Source: an uncultured delta proteobacterium
GTDB lineage: Bacteria > Desulfobacterota > Desulfobacteria > Desulfobacterales > CAVQMW01
DNA length: 64,000 nt
Assembly: GCA_963713755.1 (NCBI GenBank)
Contig: CAVQMW010000005.1
Coordinates: 1,064,501 to 1,128,500 of the forward strand
Direction of reading: 5' to 3'
The position numbers were made by a program, and so were the translations under genes. The notes beneath the pieces are model-generated. The model ran no database searches and was not told the DNA's origin. It saw only the letters and a list, made by a program, of their open reading frames with translations. Positions 10,316-19,655 of the stretch are shown here, piece after piece; the stretch's first letter is position 1; every line of letters starts with the position of its first letter.

Positions 10316-10699
10316 TCAACTGTCGACGGTTTCCGGATGGGATTCGCCCTGGCTCAGGTTCGAGCGGTTCTTGCCGCCGGCCGCTTTTTCGGCCTTGAGG
10401 TGGGCCACGATCTCGCTCATGAAATCGCGCATATCGATGGCCAGGCGGCGACACTCCGGGCAGTAGATCTTCTTGCGAATATAGCCGTGCTCCTGCATCT
10501 GATGCCGGTACCAAGGGATATAGGGGGTTTCCTTGCAAAACTTCTTGCCGCTGTAGGCGGCAATGGGGCAACCGATGCAGACCAGTATGTAGAAGATCCG
10601 GCAGGGCGGGCAATCGAGCACGCCACCGTCGCTCCCCTTCCCATCAATGATGCGTTGCCATTTTTTCACCGAAGCCTCCATGATCCGAATCTTGTTCAT
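10316..10699 (-). CDS. cysteine-rich hypothetical protein
   Basis: 127-aa ORF with CPPC, CIGC and CPEC pairs. Its start is preceded by GGAGG (the reverse complement of the ccTCC in ggtacCTCCttg). Confidence 0.55.
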   Translation of the reverse strand: MNKIRIMEASVKKWQRIIDGKGSDGGVLDCPPCRIFYILVCIGCPIAAYSGKKFCKETPYIPWYRHQMQEHGYIRKKIYCPECRRLAIDMRDFMSEIVAHLKAEKAAGGKNRSNLSQGESHPETVDS

Positions 10700-10718
10700 G
10701 GGTACCTCCTTGAACCCT

Positions 10719-10750
10719 TAAAAACGCCGCTGATGAAAGAGGCGTTTAGG
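10719..10750 (-). terminator. candidate rho-independent terminator downstream of the deacetylase gene
   Basis: On the minus strand: AAACGCC, a 12-nt loop, then GGCGTTT running into TTTTT (arms at 10741-10747 and 10722-10728). Confidence 0.45.
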
Positions 10751-10770
10751 AAAACGAAAATTCTTCCCCT

Positions 10771-11826
10771 TCAGCCGGCGGCCAGGCCCGGCCAATAGGG
10801 GGCCTGAACATGGGCACAGCGCTGGATCACCGGATCTGTGAGGCGCGGGTCGGCAGCGGATCCCATCCGCGTGGAATCGTTGGAGCGCGTTTCGCCCAGC
10901 TCATTGAGGACCTCCCACACGGACCGGGCCAGGGCCTGGGGGTGGTAGCCCCCCTCCAGGGTCAGGACCAGCCGCTGGGCACAGCATTCCGCCGCGCTGT
11001 TCATGAGAATGCGGGTGAGTCCCGCAAAACCGGCGGCGCTCATCTTCATGCCCCCCAGGGGATCCTGGCGATGGCTGTCGAACCCGGCCGACACCAGAAT
11101 CAGATCCGGCATAAAGGCCCGCGCCAGGGGGGATAGCAGTCGTTCCATGAGAAGGATATATTCGCCGTCCCCATACCCCCGGGAGAGGGGGATGTTGACA
11201 GTGTAGCCGTTCCCGGGCCCCAGCCCGGTTTCCGTGAAGGCGCCGGTGCCTGGAAATAGCGGGTATTGGTGCAACGAGAAGAACAGAACCTGGGGGTCAT
11301 CTTCGAAAATATGCTGGGTGCCGTTGCCGTGATGGACATCCCAATCCACAATCAGCACCCTTTTTAAGCCCAGCACCCGCCGGGCATAATAGGCCCCAAT
11401 GGCGATACTGTTGAACAGGCAGTAGCCCATGGCCCGGCTGCGCTCGGCGTGGTGCCCCGGGGGCCGGGCCGCTACCAGGGCATTTTGCACCTCGCCGGAA
11501 ATCACGCCGTCGATGGCCGCCAGCAGACCTCCCACTGCGCAGCGGGCGGCTTCAAAGGATGCCTCCGAGGCATGGGTGTCGGCGGTGAGGCGGGTCCAGC
11601 CCCGCTGGGCGCTGGCGGCGATGGTTTCCACTTGGGCCGGGGCGTGGGCCCAGAGCAGTTCTTCGCGACGGGCCGGACGCGGGGCGATGGCAGTGTAGGG
11701 GGGGTCCTGGATGATCTCGTGGATCATGGCATAGAGGGGGGCCAGCCGGCGGGGGCTTTCCGGATGTCCTTCTTCTGTCTGGTGCGTCAGATAGATGGGG
11801 TCGTGGACAATGCCGGTGGTGGGCAT
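10771..11826 (-). CDS. histone deacetylase / acetoin-utilisation (HDAC superfamily) deacetylase
   Basis: Motifs PPGHHAERSRAMGYCLFN, DWDVHHGNGTQ and EGGY. The start was moved to ATG 11826 (MPTTGIVHDP), just downstream of the Usp stop at 11844. The longer ORF to 12024 overlaps that gene. Confidence 0.85.
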   Translation of the reverse strand: MPTTGIVHDPIYLTHQTEEGHPESPRRLAPLYAMIHEIIQDPPYTAIAPRPARREELLWAHAPAQVETIAASAQRGWTRLTADTHASEASFEAARCAVGGLLAAIDGVISGEVQNALVAARPPGHHAERSRAMGYCLFNSIAIGAYYARRVLGLKRVLIVDWDVHHGNGTQHIFEDDPQVLFFSLHQYPLFPGTGAFTETGLGPGNGYTVNIPLSRGYGDGEYILLMERLLSPLARAFMPDLILVSAGFDSHRQDPLGGMKMSAAGFAGLTRILMNSAAECCAQRLVLTLEGGYHPQALARSVWEVLNELGETRSNDSTRMGSAADPRLTDPVIQRCAHVQAPYWPGLAAG

Positions 11827-11843
11827 GGCGGTAATCCTAATTG

Positions 11844-12788
11844 TTACGGGCGGCGCCGCCCTTTCCTGGCGGAGGCCTCGCTCTGAGCCTTCAAGGGCAC
11901 GGTGAGCAGATGGGCGATTCGCTGATGCAGGACCGCCTGGGTGGTGGAACCGACCATCAGTTTTTTTACCACTCCCCGGCGGCGCACCCCCACCACAGTC
12001 AAGTCGGGGCGGACTTCCCGGCAATAGGCGCCCAGGGTTTCCGCCGGCGGACCCGGGCGCACGCTGGGCTGAATGGCGCAGGTCTCCCGGATCTCGGGCG
12101 GCATGAGCGCCTCCAGGGCCTTAAGGCGCTGGCGGAATAGGGCCTCCTGAACCTCGCCGTAGGGTGCCGTGGTGGGATTGACGGCGTCCTCGTCCAAGGG
12201 TGCCGCCAAGGCATGGAATAAATGGGTTTCCGCGCCATAAGCCCGGGCCAGATAGGCCCCCATGGCGACCACGGGATCATCCGGGGATTTAAGTTCGCAG
12301 GCGATGACGATTTTTTTGAATCCTGCCGGCCGGGTCAGGTCCAGGGGAGGATGCGCCCCATCCCGGATGATCAGCAGCGGGCAGGCGAGGGTACGCGCCA
12401 TGGGGTCCACCACCCGGCCCAGAAACAGCTTTTGCAGCACCGAGAGCCCCTGACCCGCGGCCACAACCAGGTCGGCCTTGAGGCGGGCGGTTTCCTGGGC
12501 AATGGTCTCCACCGGGGGGCCGGTACAGATCAGCGGCTGCCAGGCCACCGGGGCCGAGTCCATCGCACGCTGCATCCGCGCCCGGGTCAGCGCTTCTTGC
12601 CGGGCGATGCTCTGGGGGCGGTGTTGGATATCGATATCGTGCAGGCTGTCCTGGGGGCCGAAGAGGCTGTGAAACAGGTAGAATTCAGCCTCGAAGCGCA
12701 GGGCTAGCGCGATCCCGTAGCCCAGGGCGTGAAGGGAGGGGGGCGAAAAATCCACGGCGGTGATGATGCGCGTCAGGGGCAGGCTCAT
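11844..12788 (-). CDS. tandem universal stress protein (2x UspA domain)
   Basis: Two Usp-like halves: one with IITAVDFSPPS...LVVAAGQG, the other with IVIACELKS...DLTVVGVRRRG...MVGSTTQAVL. Confidence 0.75.
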   Translation of the reverse strand: MSLPLTRIITAVDFSPPSLHALGYGIALALRFEAEFYLFHSLFGPQDSLHDIDIQHRPQSIARQEALTRARMQRAMDSAPVAWQPLICTGPPVETIAQETARLKADLVVAAGQGLSVLQKLFLGRVVDPMARTLACPLLIIRDGAHPPLDLTRPAGFKKIVIACELKSPDDPVVAMGAYLARAYGAETHLFHALAAPLDEDAVNPTTAPYGEVQEALFRQRLKALEALMPPEIRETCAIQPSVRPGPPAETLGAYCREVRPDLTVVGVRRRGVVKKLMVGSTTQAVLHQRIAHLLTVPLKAQSEASARKGRRRP

Positions 12789-13016
12789 CAGAGCAACTCC
12801 GCTGAAAAGCAGACAGGCGGCCGGAGGTTCACGCGGTCCGGGGGAGAAGTGCAGCTGGCGAAAATGGCGCTTAACGCGTTGCGGAAGTCAGCTGGCGATG
12901 CACAGAGATGGTGGCGCGTCCGGTGCGCGTATTACGCGATACTACACCATACAGGGCCTGAAATAGCAAGGGATGCCCGAAAATGCCGGGGGAGGGGAGT
13001 TGCGAATTTTATGATA

Positions 13017-13733
13017 TCAAGGATCTCGGGGGCCGGTTGACGCTTTATGGTCCATATCCATCCGCCAGAGCTGTTTCTGGGTCTTGAAGGCCAAGATCGC
13101 TAGCACCAGGAGATTGGCGGCGAGCACCAGGGGCAGCCAGAATCGAAAAATCTCCGCGCCCCAAATGAAGATGATGGTATTGATCAGGATATAACCTAGG
13201 CGAATTTCCGTGGGACCCAGCCCGTAGTGGTAAATTTCAAAGCGGTTGGTGCAGGCGAAACTGAGAAAGGAGTTGACCATGAACCCGCCGGAACAGAGCA
13301 GCAGCCCGAAAAAGTAGACCGTCAACCCCGCGGGGGCCATGAGGGCATAGGCGATCACCAGGCAGCCCGAGAAGATAAAATCGAGCAGGTGGTCCATGTA
13401 AAAGCCCCATTTCACCAGTCCGGTGCCCCGCTGGCGGCCCACGGCGCCGTCGAACAGGTCGCTCAGATACTGGAGCGCCAGCATGAGGCTGATTCCCCAG
13501 ATCCAGCCGATCCAGCGGGCGGAAAGATAGCCGAAGAGCAGAACCCCCAAGGACCAGCCCAGAGTCATCAGGGTCAGGTGGTAGGTTTCCAGCCTTGACG
13601 GGATGCGGCTGACATAGGCCTGCACCAGGCGCTTTTCGGCCCTGCCCAGGATGGAACGGCCGGTTTTTTGGTCGCCGGCAAAGGGGGGTGGGGCGGGGGC
13701 TGATCTGGTGGCTCGGGGGTCCATGGGCATCAC
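13017..13733 (-). CDS. CDP-alcohol phosphatidyltransferase family protein
   Basis: DLFDGAVGRQRG...GFYMDHLLD matches the D(x)2DG(x)2AR...G(x)3D(x)3D signature. Multiple TM helices. Confidence 0.75.
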   Translation of the reverse strand: MMPMDPRATRSAPAPPPFAGDQKTGRSILGRAEKRLVQAYVSRIPSRLETYHLTLMTLGWSLGVLLFGYLSARWIGWIWGISLMLALQYLSDLFDGAVGRQRGTGLVKWGFYMDHLLDFIFSGCLVIAYALMAPAGLTVYFFGLLLCSGGFMVNSFLSFACTNRFEIYHYGLGPTEIRLGYILINTIIFIWGAEIFRFWLPLVLAANLLVLAILAFKTQKQLWRMDMDHKASTGPRDP

Positions 13734-15475
13734 TCAGGGGCTGGGGGCGCTTGAAGGTAGAGATCAGTGGTCAGAAGCTGCTCCGCCATGACGGTTTTCA
13801 TGCCCAGGGCCGGATATTGGGCCAGGCCATCCAGCAGGGGTGTGATAATATGATTCATGGCGTAGGTGATCTTGGGTGCTTCGGCCTTGTGGGTCATGGC
13901 CGCCATGGAGGCGCCCCACTGAATCAGATCCTTGGCGTTTTCCACCGCGGATTCCATATCCAAAAACAGCACCTGATTGGCATTACCGCTAAGGCCTTGA
14001 TCCACGGCCGTGAATTTGGGGTTGCCCCGCAGCCCGGCGGATTCGTTGGGGGGCACCATAGCCTTGAGCAGGCGGCGGTTGGTGGCCACAATACAAAATT
14101 GGGAGTCACACAGGTAGGCCGGTTCGAGATCTGCGCCTAAAGGGGTTTGGGCATAAAACAGGGTTAAATCGCCATGAGCCTCGCTGGCCATGGGCAGGTT
14201 GAAATTGGCGGTCAGGCGTTCCAGCATCCGGGCTACCACCTCAGGATCGCGGGCCTCAAGGATCAGGGCCGCTTCGGGGATGGGGAAAAATCCGCCGCTG
14301 ATCAGATCGTTGAGCAGCCAGGCGATTTGGGAGCCCAACGCCGCCAGGGCTTGTTCCACCTCCAGGCCCATGAAATTATTGAAGGCCTGTTCCGCCCGGG
14401 CTCGATCCTGGGGGCTGAAATCCTCGGAGCTTTTCAGGGCCTCCCAGATGCGGGTCAGGTCGTGGGTGTTCTGCCAGCCGTAGTAGATGGGGTCCGCCGG
14501 TACCATGGTCAGGGTCGGGTTGGCGGCCGGAGAGGCCTTTAGGGCATCGGCCACCAATGGGTGGGTCGCCTGGGGATCGTGGCGCAGGCGCAGGTGCGTG
14601 CGCAGCAGGTTTCCCTCACCGGCCGATCCGCTGATATCCAGGGCCTTGAGCCCGCCCACATAGTCAAGCCCCCGGCGCAGCTCCGCCAGATCCTGGACAT
14701 CGGCCCCCAGGCGCGGGGCGCTTTCGCTGAGCCAGGTTGCGCTTTGTTGGAGATCCATGAAGAATCTGAACCGCAAATTTGGATCATCCGCCCCGGCGGG
14801 CTCCAGGGCCTGGTAGGCCGTCGCTTGGGCCAGGCCGGATTGCTCCTCTGGGTTCTGGGCTAGGCAGCGCAGGATGGGGTCCGGGTCGAGCCCAATGATG
14901 GCCAGTCCATGGGCCACGGCATAGAAAAAAGGCGGACTGCCCCCGGAAACGGCGCGGTTGATGGTGTGGCCGTCAATGGTTTCCGTGGTGATCTTGAGAT
15001 CCTTGACCAGCATTTTGCCCAGGGTGTCCAGCAGATCCGCCGGCTGTTGGGGCCGGGTAATGAGCACCAGGGCGCGCTGAAACAGTTCCGGGGTCGGTTT
15101 TTCGCCCCTATCCACGGTGAGGGGGAGAACGCCCAGCATCACTTCCTGGCCGAAGAACTCCCCAAACCAGGGGCTTTCCAGGCCCTGGACGATCTGATCC
15201 CGCATTTGAATCAGTTCCCCGACTTGCACTGCATCGGCTCCCAGTTGGCGGCCCGCCTCCTGGATGTCGATCCCCTTGAGGGCCTGGCCCAGGGGGCCGT
15301 TGCGAAACCCGTCGATGCTCTTTTTCAGCTCCCGGGCTTCCAAGACGGCCAGGGTATCCTTAGGCAGGATCTGGGCGGGGGTTGCCTGGGGGCCGGCTTG
15401 TTTGTAATACAAAAAGTAGAAAGCGGCTCCGCCGGCAATCACGAGCACAAGCAGCAATCCAAGAATTTTTTTCAT
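13730..15475 (-). CDS. membrane-anchored or secreted hypothetical protein (DUF3352-like by impression)
   Basis: 581-aa ORF with the N-terminal signal/anchor MKKILGLLLVLVIAGGAAF. ATGA overlap with the downstream gene. Confidence 0.65.
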   Translation of the reverse strand: MKKILGLLLVLVIAGGAAFYFLYYKQAGPQATPAQILPKDTLAVLEARELKKSIDGFRNGPLGQALKGIDIQEAGRQLGADAVQVGELIQMRDQIVQGLESPWFGEFFGQEVMLGVLPLTVDRGEKPTPELFQRALVLITRPQQPADLLDTLGKMLVKDLKITTETIDGHTINRAVSGGSPPFFYAVAHGLAIIGLDPDPILRCLAQNPEEQSGLAQATAYQALEPAGADDPNLRFRFFMDLQQSATWLSESAPRLGADVQDLAELRRGLDYVGGLKALDISGSAGEGNLLRTHLRLRHDPQATHPLVADALKASPAANPTLTMVPADPIYYGWQNTHDLTRIWEALKSSEDFSPQDRARAEQAFNNFMGLEVEQALAALGSQIAWLLNDLISGGFFPIPEAALILEARDPEVVARMLERLTANFNLPMASEAHGDLTLFYAQTPLGADLEPAYLCDSQFCIVATNRRLLKAMVPPNESAGLRGNPKFTAVDQGLSGNANQVLFLDMESAVENAKDLIQWGASMAAMTHKAEAPKITYAMNHIITPLLDGLAQYPALGMKTVMAEQLLTTDLYLQAPPAPE

Positions 15476-15626
15476 GGGGATCCTTTGATAGTCATCGGCA
15501 GGTTTTCCGCCGGGAAATTGAAGGTAAAGGGTATGGAAACGGGCGGACTATGGCAGGCGGATAAATCACTGTCAAGGGAACCGCGGATATCGTTTCTGAA
15601 TCTCAACGGTTGTTTTAAGTGAAAGC

Positions 15627-16070
15627 AACTACGAAATACGCGAAAGGCGCGAAAATGAGAGACAGAGAAATCGTTTTCAAGTCGGAAAGCTACCGAGTCG
15701 TAGGCGCATGTTTTGAGGTGTACAAGGTGAAAGGCAATGGGTTTTTGGAAGCCGTGTACCAAGAGTCCCTTGCCATCGAGTTTGGAGCGCAAGGCATTCC
15801 TTTCGAGCAGAAACCGCGGGTCAAACTTGAATACAAGGGGCAACCGCTTAACCAGCACTATGAGCCGGACTTCCTATGCTTTGCAGAGATCCTCCTTGAG
15901 ATCAAGGCAGTCAAGAAGCTGACGGATGAACATCGTGCCCAGGTGATCAACTACTTGAAAGCCACAGGCAAGCAACTCGGACTGCTGGTTAATTTCGGCC
16001 ATTATCCTAAAGTAGAGCACGAACGCTTCGTCAACCAACCGTTTTTGCGCCTTTCGCGTGTTTCGTAGTT
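15627..16070. repeat. 28/29-nt imperfect inverted repeat bracketing the GxxExxY ORF
   Basis: The left arm AACTACGAAATACGCGAAAGGCGCGAAAA (15627-15655) matches the reverse complement of the right arm (16043-70), AACTACGAAACACGCGAAAGGCGCAAAA, with 1 mismatch and 1 indel. The arms overlap the start and stop codons. Confidence 0.9.
15655..16068 (+). CDS. GxxExxY protein (PD-(D/E)XK nuclease-like superfamily)
   Basis: GFLEAVY gives the GxxExxY signature. Also EPDFLCF...LLEIKAV (D...ExK-like) and GLLVNFG. The region is visibly lower in GC than its flanks. Confidence 0.85.
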   Translation: MRDREIVFKSESYRVVGACFEVYKVKGNGFLEAVYQESLAIEFGAQGIPFEQKPRVKLEYKGQPLNQHYEPDFLCFAEILLEIKAVKKLTDEHRAQVINYLKATGKQLGLLVNFGHYPKVEHERFVNQPFLRLSRVS

Positions 16071-16105
16071 TCACGACCCTTAGCCCTTTGGAGAGGAGTG
16101 CTCAA

Positions 16106-17134
16106 TTGACGGAAGATTTAGATCAGTTGCTGGGACCGTGCTTGGTCACCGGCGGGGGCGGGTTTTTAGGCGGCGCCATTGTAGGTCAACTGGTGGCCCG
16201 GGGCTGCCGGGTGCGCAGCTTTTCGCGCCGCTTCTATCCGGAGTTGGACGCCCTGGGGGTGGCGCAGATCCAGGGGGATTTGCGCCAGGGCAGTGCCGTG
16301 GCCCTGGCCTGTGCGGGCATGGCCACGGTGTTTCATGTGGCGGCCAAGGCAGGCGTCTGGGGGGCCGCCGAGGCGTATCACCAGATCAATGTGACCGGGA
16401 CCCTCAATGTGCTGAATGCCTGCCGCGCATCCGGGGTGCCGCGGCTGATCTACACCAGCTCGCCCAGTGTGGTTTTTGACGGCCGCGATATGGAAGGCGT
16501 GGATGAATCGGTGCCCTATCCGGCCATCTACCCCTGTGCCTATCCCCAAACCAAGGCCCTAGCCGAGCAGGCGGTGCTGGCCGCGGCCGATGAGCGCCTG
16601 GCCGTAACGGCCTTGCGCCCCCATCTGATCTGGGGCCCCCGGGACAACCACCTGGTTCCCCGCATTCTGGCGCGGGGCAAGCGGTTGGCGCGGGTCGGTT
16701 CGGGGCGCAACCGGGTGGATACCCTCTATATCGACAACGCCGCTGCGGCCCACCTGTTGGCCGCGGAAACATTGGCCCGCAACCCCGGGTTCTCCGGGCG
16801 GGTCTATTTCATCAGCCAGGACGACCCGGTGCCCCTGTGGTGGATGGTAGACCAGATTTTGGCCGCCGGCGGCCAAAAGCCGGTGGCGCGCTCCATTTCG
16901 CATTCCGCGGCCTACGCCATCGGCGGCTTGCTGGAGCTGGTCTACCGGGTGCTGCCTCTCTCCGGCGAGCCGCCCATGACCCGCTTTGTGGCCCAAGAGC
17001 TATCCACCTCCCACTGGTTCGACATCTCCGCCGCCAAACGGGATCTGGGCTACCAGCCCCAAATGAGCATCCCAGAAGGATTGTCGGAACTGGGGCGCTG
17101 GTTGAAGGCCCAATCTGCTGAAAAACGCGGATAA
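16106..17134 (+). CDS. NAD-dependent epimerase/dehydratase, 3-beta-hydroxysteroid dehydrogenase-like
   Basis: CLVTGGGGFLGGAIV Rossmann motif and a YPQTK (YxxxK) catalytic motif. The TTG start at 16106 has GGAGAGGAG about 7 nt upstream. The ORF-track start at 16058 lies inside the inverted repeat. Confidence 0.8.
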   Translation: MTEDLDQLLGPCLVTGGGGFLGGAIVGQLVARGCRVRSFSRRFYPELDALGVAQIQGDLRQGSAVALACAGMATVFHVAAKAGVWGAAEAYHQINVTGTLNVLNACRASGVPRLIYTSSPSVVFDGRDMEGVDESVPYPAIYPCAYPQTKALAEQAVLAAADERLAVTALRPHLIWGPRDNHLVPRILARGKRLARVGSGRNRVDTLYIDNAAAAHLLAAETLARNPGFSGRVYFISQDDPVPLWWMVDQILAAGGQKPVARSISHSAAYAIGGLLELVYRVLPLSGEPPMTRFVAQELSTSHWFDISAAKRDLGYQPQMSIPEGLSELGRWLKAQSAEKRG

Positions 17135-17146
17135 TGGGAGGAAAAT

Positions 17147-18130
17147 TCAGGGGGCTTGGGCGGCCTCGATTTCCGCCAGAGTCCGCTGGTATTCCGCAAC
17201 CAAGGGGCCGCCCAGGGCCACCGCCTGCCGGGCGGCCCGGCGGGCGGCCTCTATCTCGCCCTTAGCCAGCAGAGTCATGGCCAGGTTGTTGTAGGCGTTG
17301 GCCGATTTCGGATGGCGTTTCAGGGCTCCCCGAAAGGCCGCCTCAGCCCTAGCGAACTGGCGCAGCTGGTAGCGGCTGTTGCCCAATCCCATCCAGGCAA
17401 TCAGGCTGTCCGACCAGTACCGCAAGGCCTGCTGGTAGCCCACGGCGGCCGCTGAGTAGTGCCCGGCCCGCTCCAGCCCTAAGACACTTTCCAGATAGCG
17501 CTGTTGCTGAACCACCACCGGCATCTCTCCGGGTTTGAGCACAGTGATTCCCCAGTAATCGCCGCGGGCCCAGGTGCGCCGGAAAAGCGTCAGGTCCATG
17601 GGCATGCGGGGCGTAGTTCCGGAATGCAGGATGATTTCCTCGGCGGCCGGATCATAGCCGATCACCACCGCGTAGTGCCAGCGGGGCGCCCAGGAGAGTC
17701 CAAGATTGAGGAGCACCACCACGGGGGTTCCTCCGCTGATTTCACGAAATAGATCCGTCGGGCGGGCCAAGGGATAGGCGATTCGGCCGTGACGGCGGGC
17801 AGTTCCTAAAAGTTCGCTCTGAAAGCTGCCCTGGCGGCCGGGGGTGAACACCGCGGGCGCCAGGGCCTGGGGGGTGGTCTCCACGCCGCTCCACACCAGG
17901 GCCGATGCCAGGGCGGCCGGTCCGCAGTGGTGGATTTCCTGGGGAAAGAAGGGGACTGCCAGTTCATGGCGGGGGGGGCCGGCGGGGATCTCAAAGGCAC
18001 GGAAGGCGCAGCCCCCGGTCAAGCCGACCCACAGCAGGCCCAGCACATAAAGGATGGTTTTGCCTGAGCCTGGAGCCACGCAGCGGCAACCCCGGATTAG
18101 TGACGCACAAAGGGATAGACGTTGGTCCAT
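17147..18130 (-). CDS. PA2778-family cysteine peptidase (C39-like) with C-terminal TPR repeats
   Basis: HHCGPAALASAL active-site-like block, HYAVVIGYD, and C-terminal TPR-like helices. The start is uncertain: GTG 18046 would remove the overlap with the upstream gene. Confidence 0.65.
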   Translation of the reverse strand: MDQRLSLCASLIRGCRCVAPGSGKTILYVLGLLWVGLTGGCAFRAFEIPAGPPRHELAVPFFPQEIHHCGPAALASALVWSGVETTPQALAPAVFTPGRQGSFQSELLGTARRHGRIAYPLARPTDLFREISGGTPVVVLLNLGLSWAPRWHYAVVIGYDPAAEEIILHSGTTPRMPMDLTLFRRTWARGDYWGITVLKPGEMPVVVQQQRYLESVLGLERAGHYSAAAVGYQQALRYWSDSLIAWMGLGNSRYQLRQFARAEAAFRGALKRHPKSANAYNNLAMTLLAKGEIEAARRAARQAVALGGPLVAEYQRTLAEIEAAQAP

Positions 18131-18504
18131 CCGATGATGTCAGTGAACAGCAGCACCAGAAAAAGAATCAGCAGGGCGCCCACCACCGTACCCAGGGCAT
18201 CCCCGCCCGCCGGCAAATGATCGAACTGGTGCACCAGCCGGGCCACTTCGGCATCCGACAGGCTCTGAATCCGTGCGCTTGCCTCCTGGGGATCGATCCC
18301 ATAGGCGCGAAGGGCCGTCTGAACATCCTGGCGATCCATGAGGCCGGCCAGTCGCGTCCGGGGAGTCCCGTCCGGGGTGAGGGCCATGGCATCTTCCGTG
18401 GAGATCATTCCGGCCCAAGCGCCGTGAAGGGGGACATTGAGCAGCACCATGATCACGGTCATCAGCAAGGCAATCGCGTGCTTGCGGCGGTGATTGAAAA
18501 ACAT
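18097..18504 (-). CDS. PA2779-family small protein (signal peptide plus C-terminal TM anchor)
   Basis: 135-aa ORF. It contains RQDVQTALRAYGIDPQEASARIQSLSDAEVARL and the C-terminal helix VVGALLILFLVLLFTDIIGW. It lies immediately upstream of the PA2778-like gene. Confidence 0.6.
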   Translation of the reverse strand: MFFNHRRKHAIALLMTVIMVLLNVPLHGAWAGMISTEDAMALTPDGTPRTRLAGLMDRQDVQTALRAYGIDPQEASARIQSLSDAEVARLVHQFDHLPAGGDALGTVVGALLILFLVLLFTDIIGWTNVYPFVRH

Positions 18505-18659
18505 AACAAGCTCCTTGGGGGTTAAGGTAACCCCATTGGGTGTGGTCGGGAGGCGATGTTCTCCATTTTAAAATCCTTGGGGCTCTATAGTTTGGAATTC
18601 CCAGGAGTGTCAACCGCCGTCATCTGGTCGAGTTTCTCGGGTTTGCACATGAATATCAA

Positions 18660-19508
18660 TCAATTACCAGACGTCGTTTCGCTGTCGGGGCCCACCTGCG
18701 AAGGGGTGGCATTGTCCGGCGGGCAGGCCCTATGGGCCAGTTGCAAGGGGGGGCTGGCCTCCGGAGACAATTCCAGCTGCAGCCGAAAGCGATCCAACTC
18801 CGCCCGGGCGGCGATGCTTTGGCTGGCCAGTTTATAGCGCAGGTAGATCACCCAGGCCACCAGGGCGGTGAATACCCCGCCCAATGCCGCGAAGAGCCAT
18901 TTATAGCGCACCAGGGTGTCCAACCCCACCCGGCCTATATAGGTGAGCATATTGGGGATCACCCAGTAGAGAAAGGCGCCCAGCACCACCAAAAATCCGA
19001 GAATAAAGATGTTGAAGCGGCTGATGCGGGCTAAAATTCGGCTCCAGCGGCCGCCCAATTCGGATTGGGAAGTCGGTGAGGCCTCCGACGGGTGCCTTCC
19101 GTGGTCCTCAGCGGGATCGGATTTATGGTCCCCATAAAAAATCGACATATAGGCCCGCACGATGAAGGCAAAGAGTAGAATTGCGCCCACGGGCAGGCCC
19201 ACGGCCGCCGCCAGCCAGGCCCGGAAGGGAAACGGCCGGGTGCGGGTGATCAGTTTGACCTCATAGTTTTCCAGGGGGCCGAATGCCTGCTCGAAGTAGT
19301 ATTTGTCAAAGGTGCTGAGATTGTTGCCGTCGGTTTCATGGAGCACATTCCCGCTGGAATCCTGGATCTGCAGGACGGCGCTGCGGCCCGATTTCATGGC
19401 CGCCACGGCGAAGATTTCGGCCTCGATGAGCAGGGTGATCACCGCCAAAATCAAAAACAGGGTTTTATGCTCACGAATCAGTGCGGCAATGGTGGGAGGC
19501 TGGGGCAT
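18660..19508 (-). CDS. hypothetical membrane protein
   Basis: 282-aa ORF with about 4 hydrophobic helices. No family was recognised. Confidence 0.55.
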   Translation of the reverse strand: MPQPPTIAALIREHKTLFLILAVITLLIEAEIFAVAAMKSGRSAVLQIQDSSGNVLHETDGNNLSTFDKYYFEQAFGPLENYEVKLITRTRPFPFRAWLAAAVGLPVGAILLFAFIVRAYMSIFYGDHKSDPAEDHGRHPSEASPTSQSELGGRWSRILARISRFNIFILGFLVVLGAFLYWVIPNMLTYIGRVGLDTLVRYKWLFAALGGVFTALVAWVIYLRYKLASQSIAARAELDRFRLQLELSPEASPPLQLAHRACPPDNATPSQVGPDSETTSGN

Positions 19509-19655
19509 TCAGGGAGCGATCCTCTATGGGGCGGGATGACCGAAAGTTGAGCGGTTTTCCCGGCCGAAGCGTCAAATGCTTGATTCCGTCGGCCTAGTTA
19601 GCATAGGCTATTTGTTTCGTTCAAGGCTCAACTCTCAGGTGGGGGGCGCACGGAG

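Noticed and set aside
11827-12024. N-terminal 66-codon extension of the deacetylase ORF.
   Set aside because: It overlaps the 3' end of the upstream Usp gene and encodes Pro/Gly/Arg-rich low-complexity sequence. The family-typical N-terminus begins at ATG 11826.
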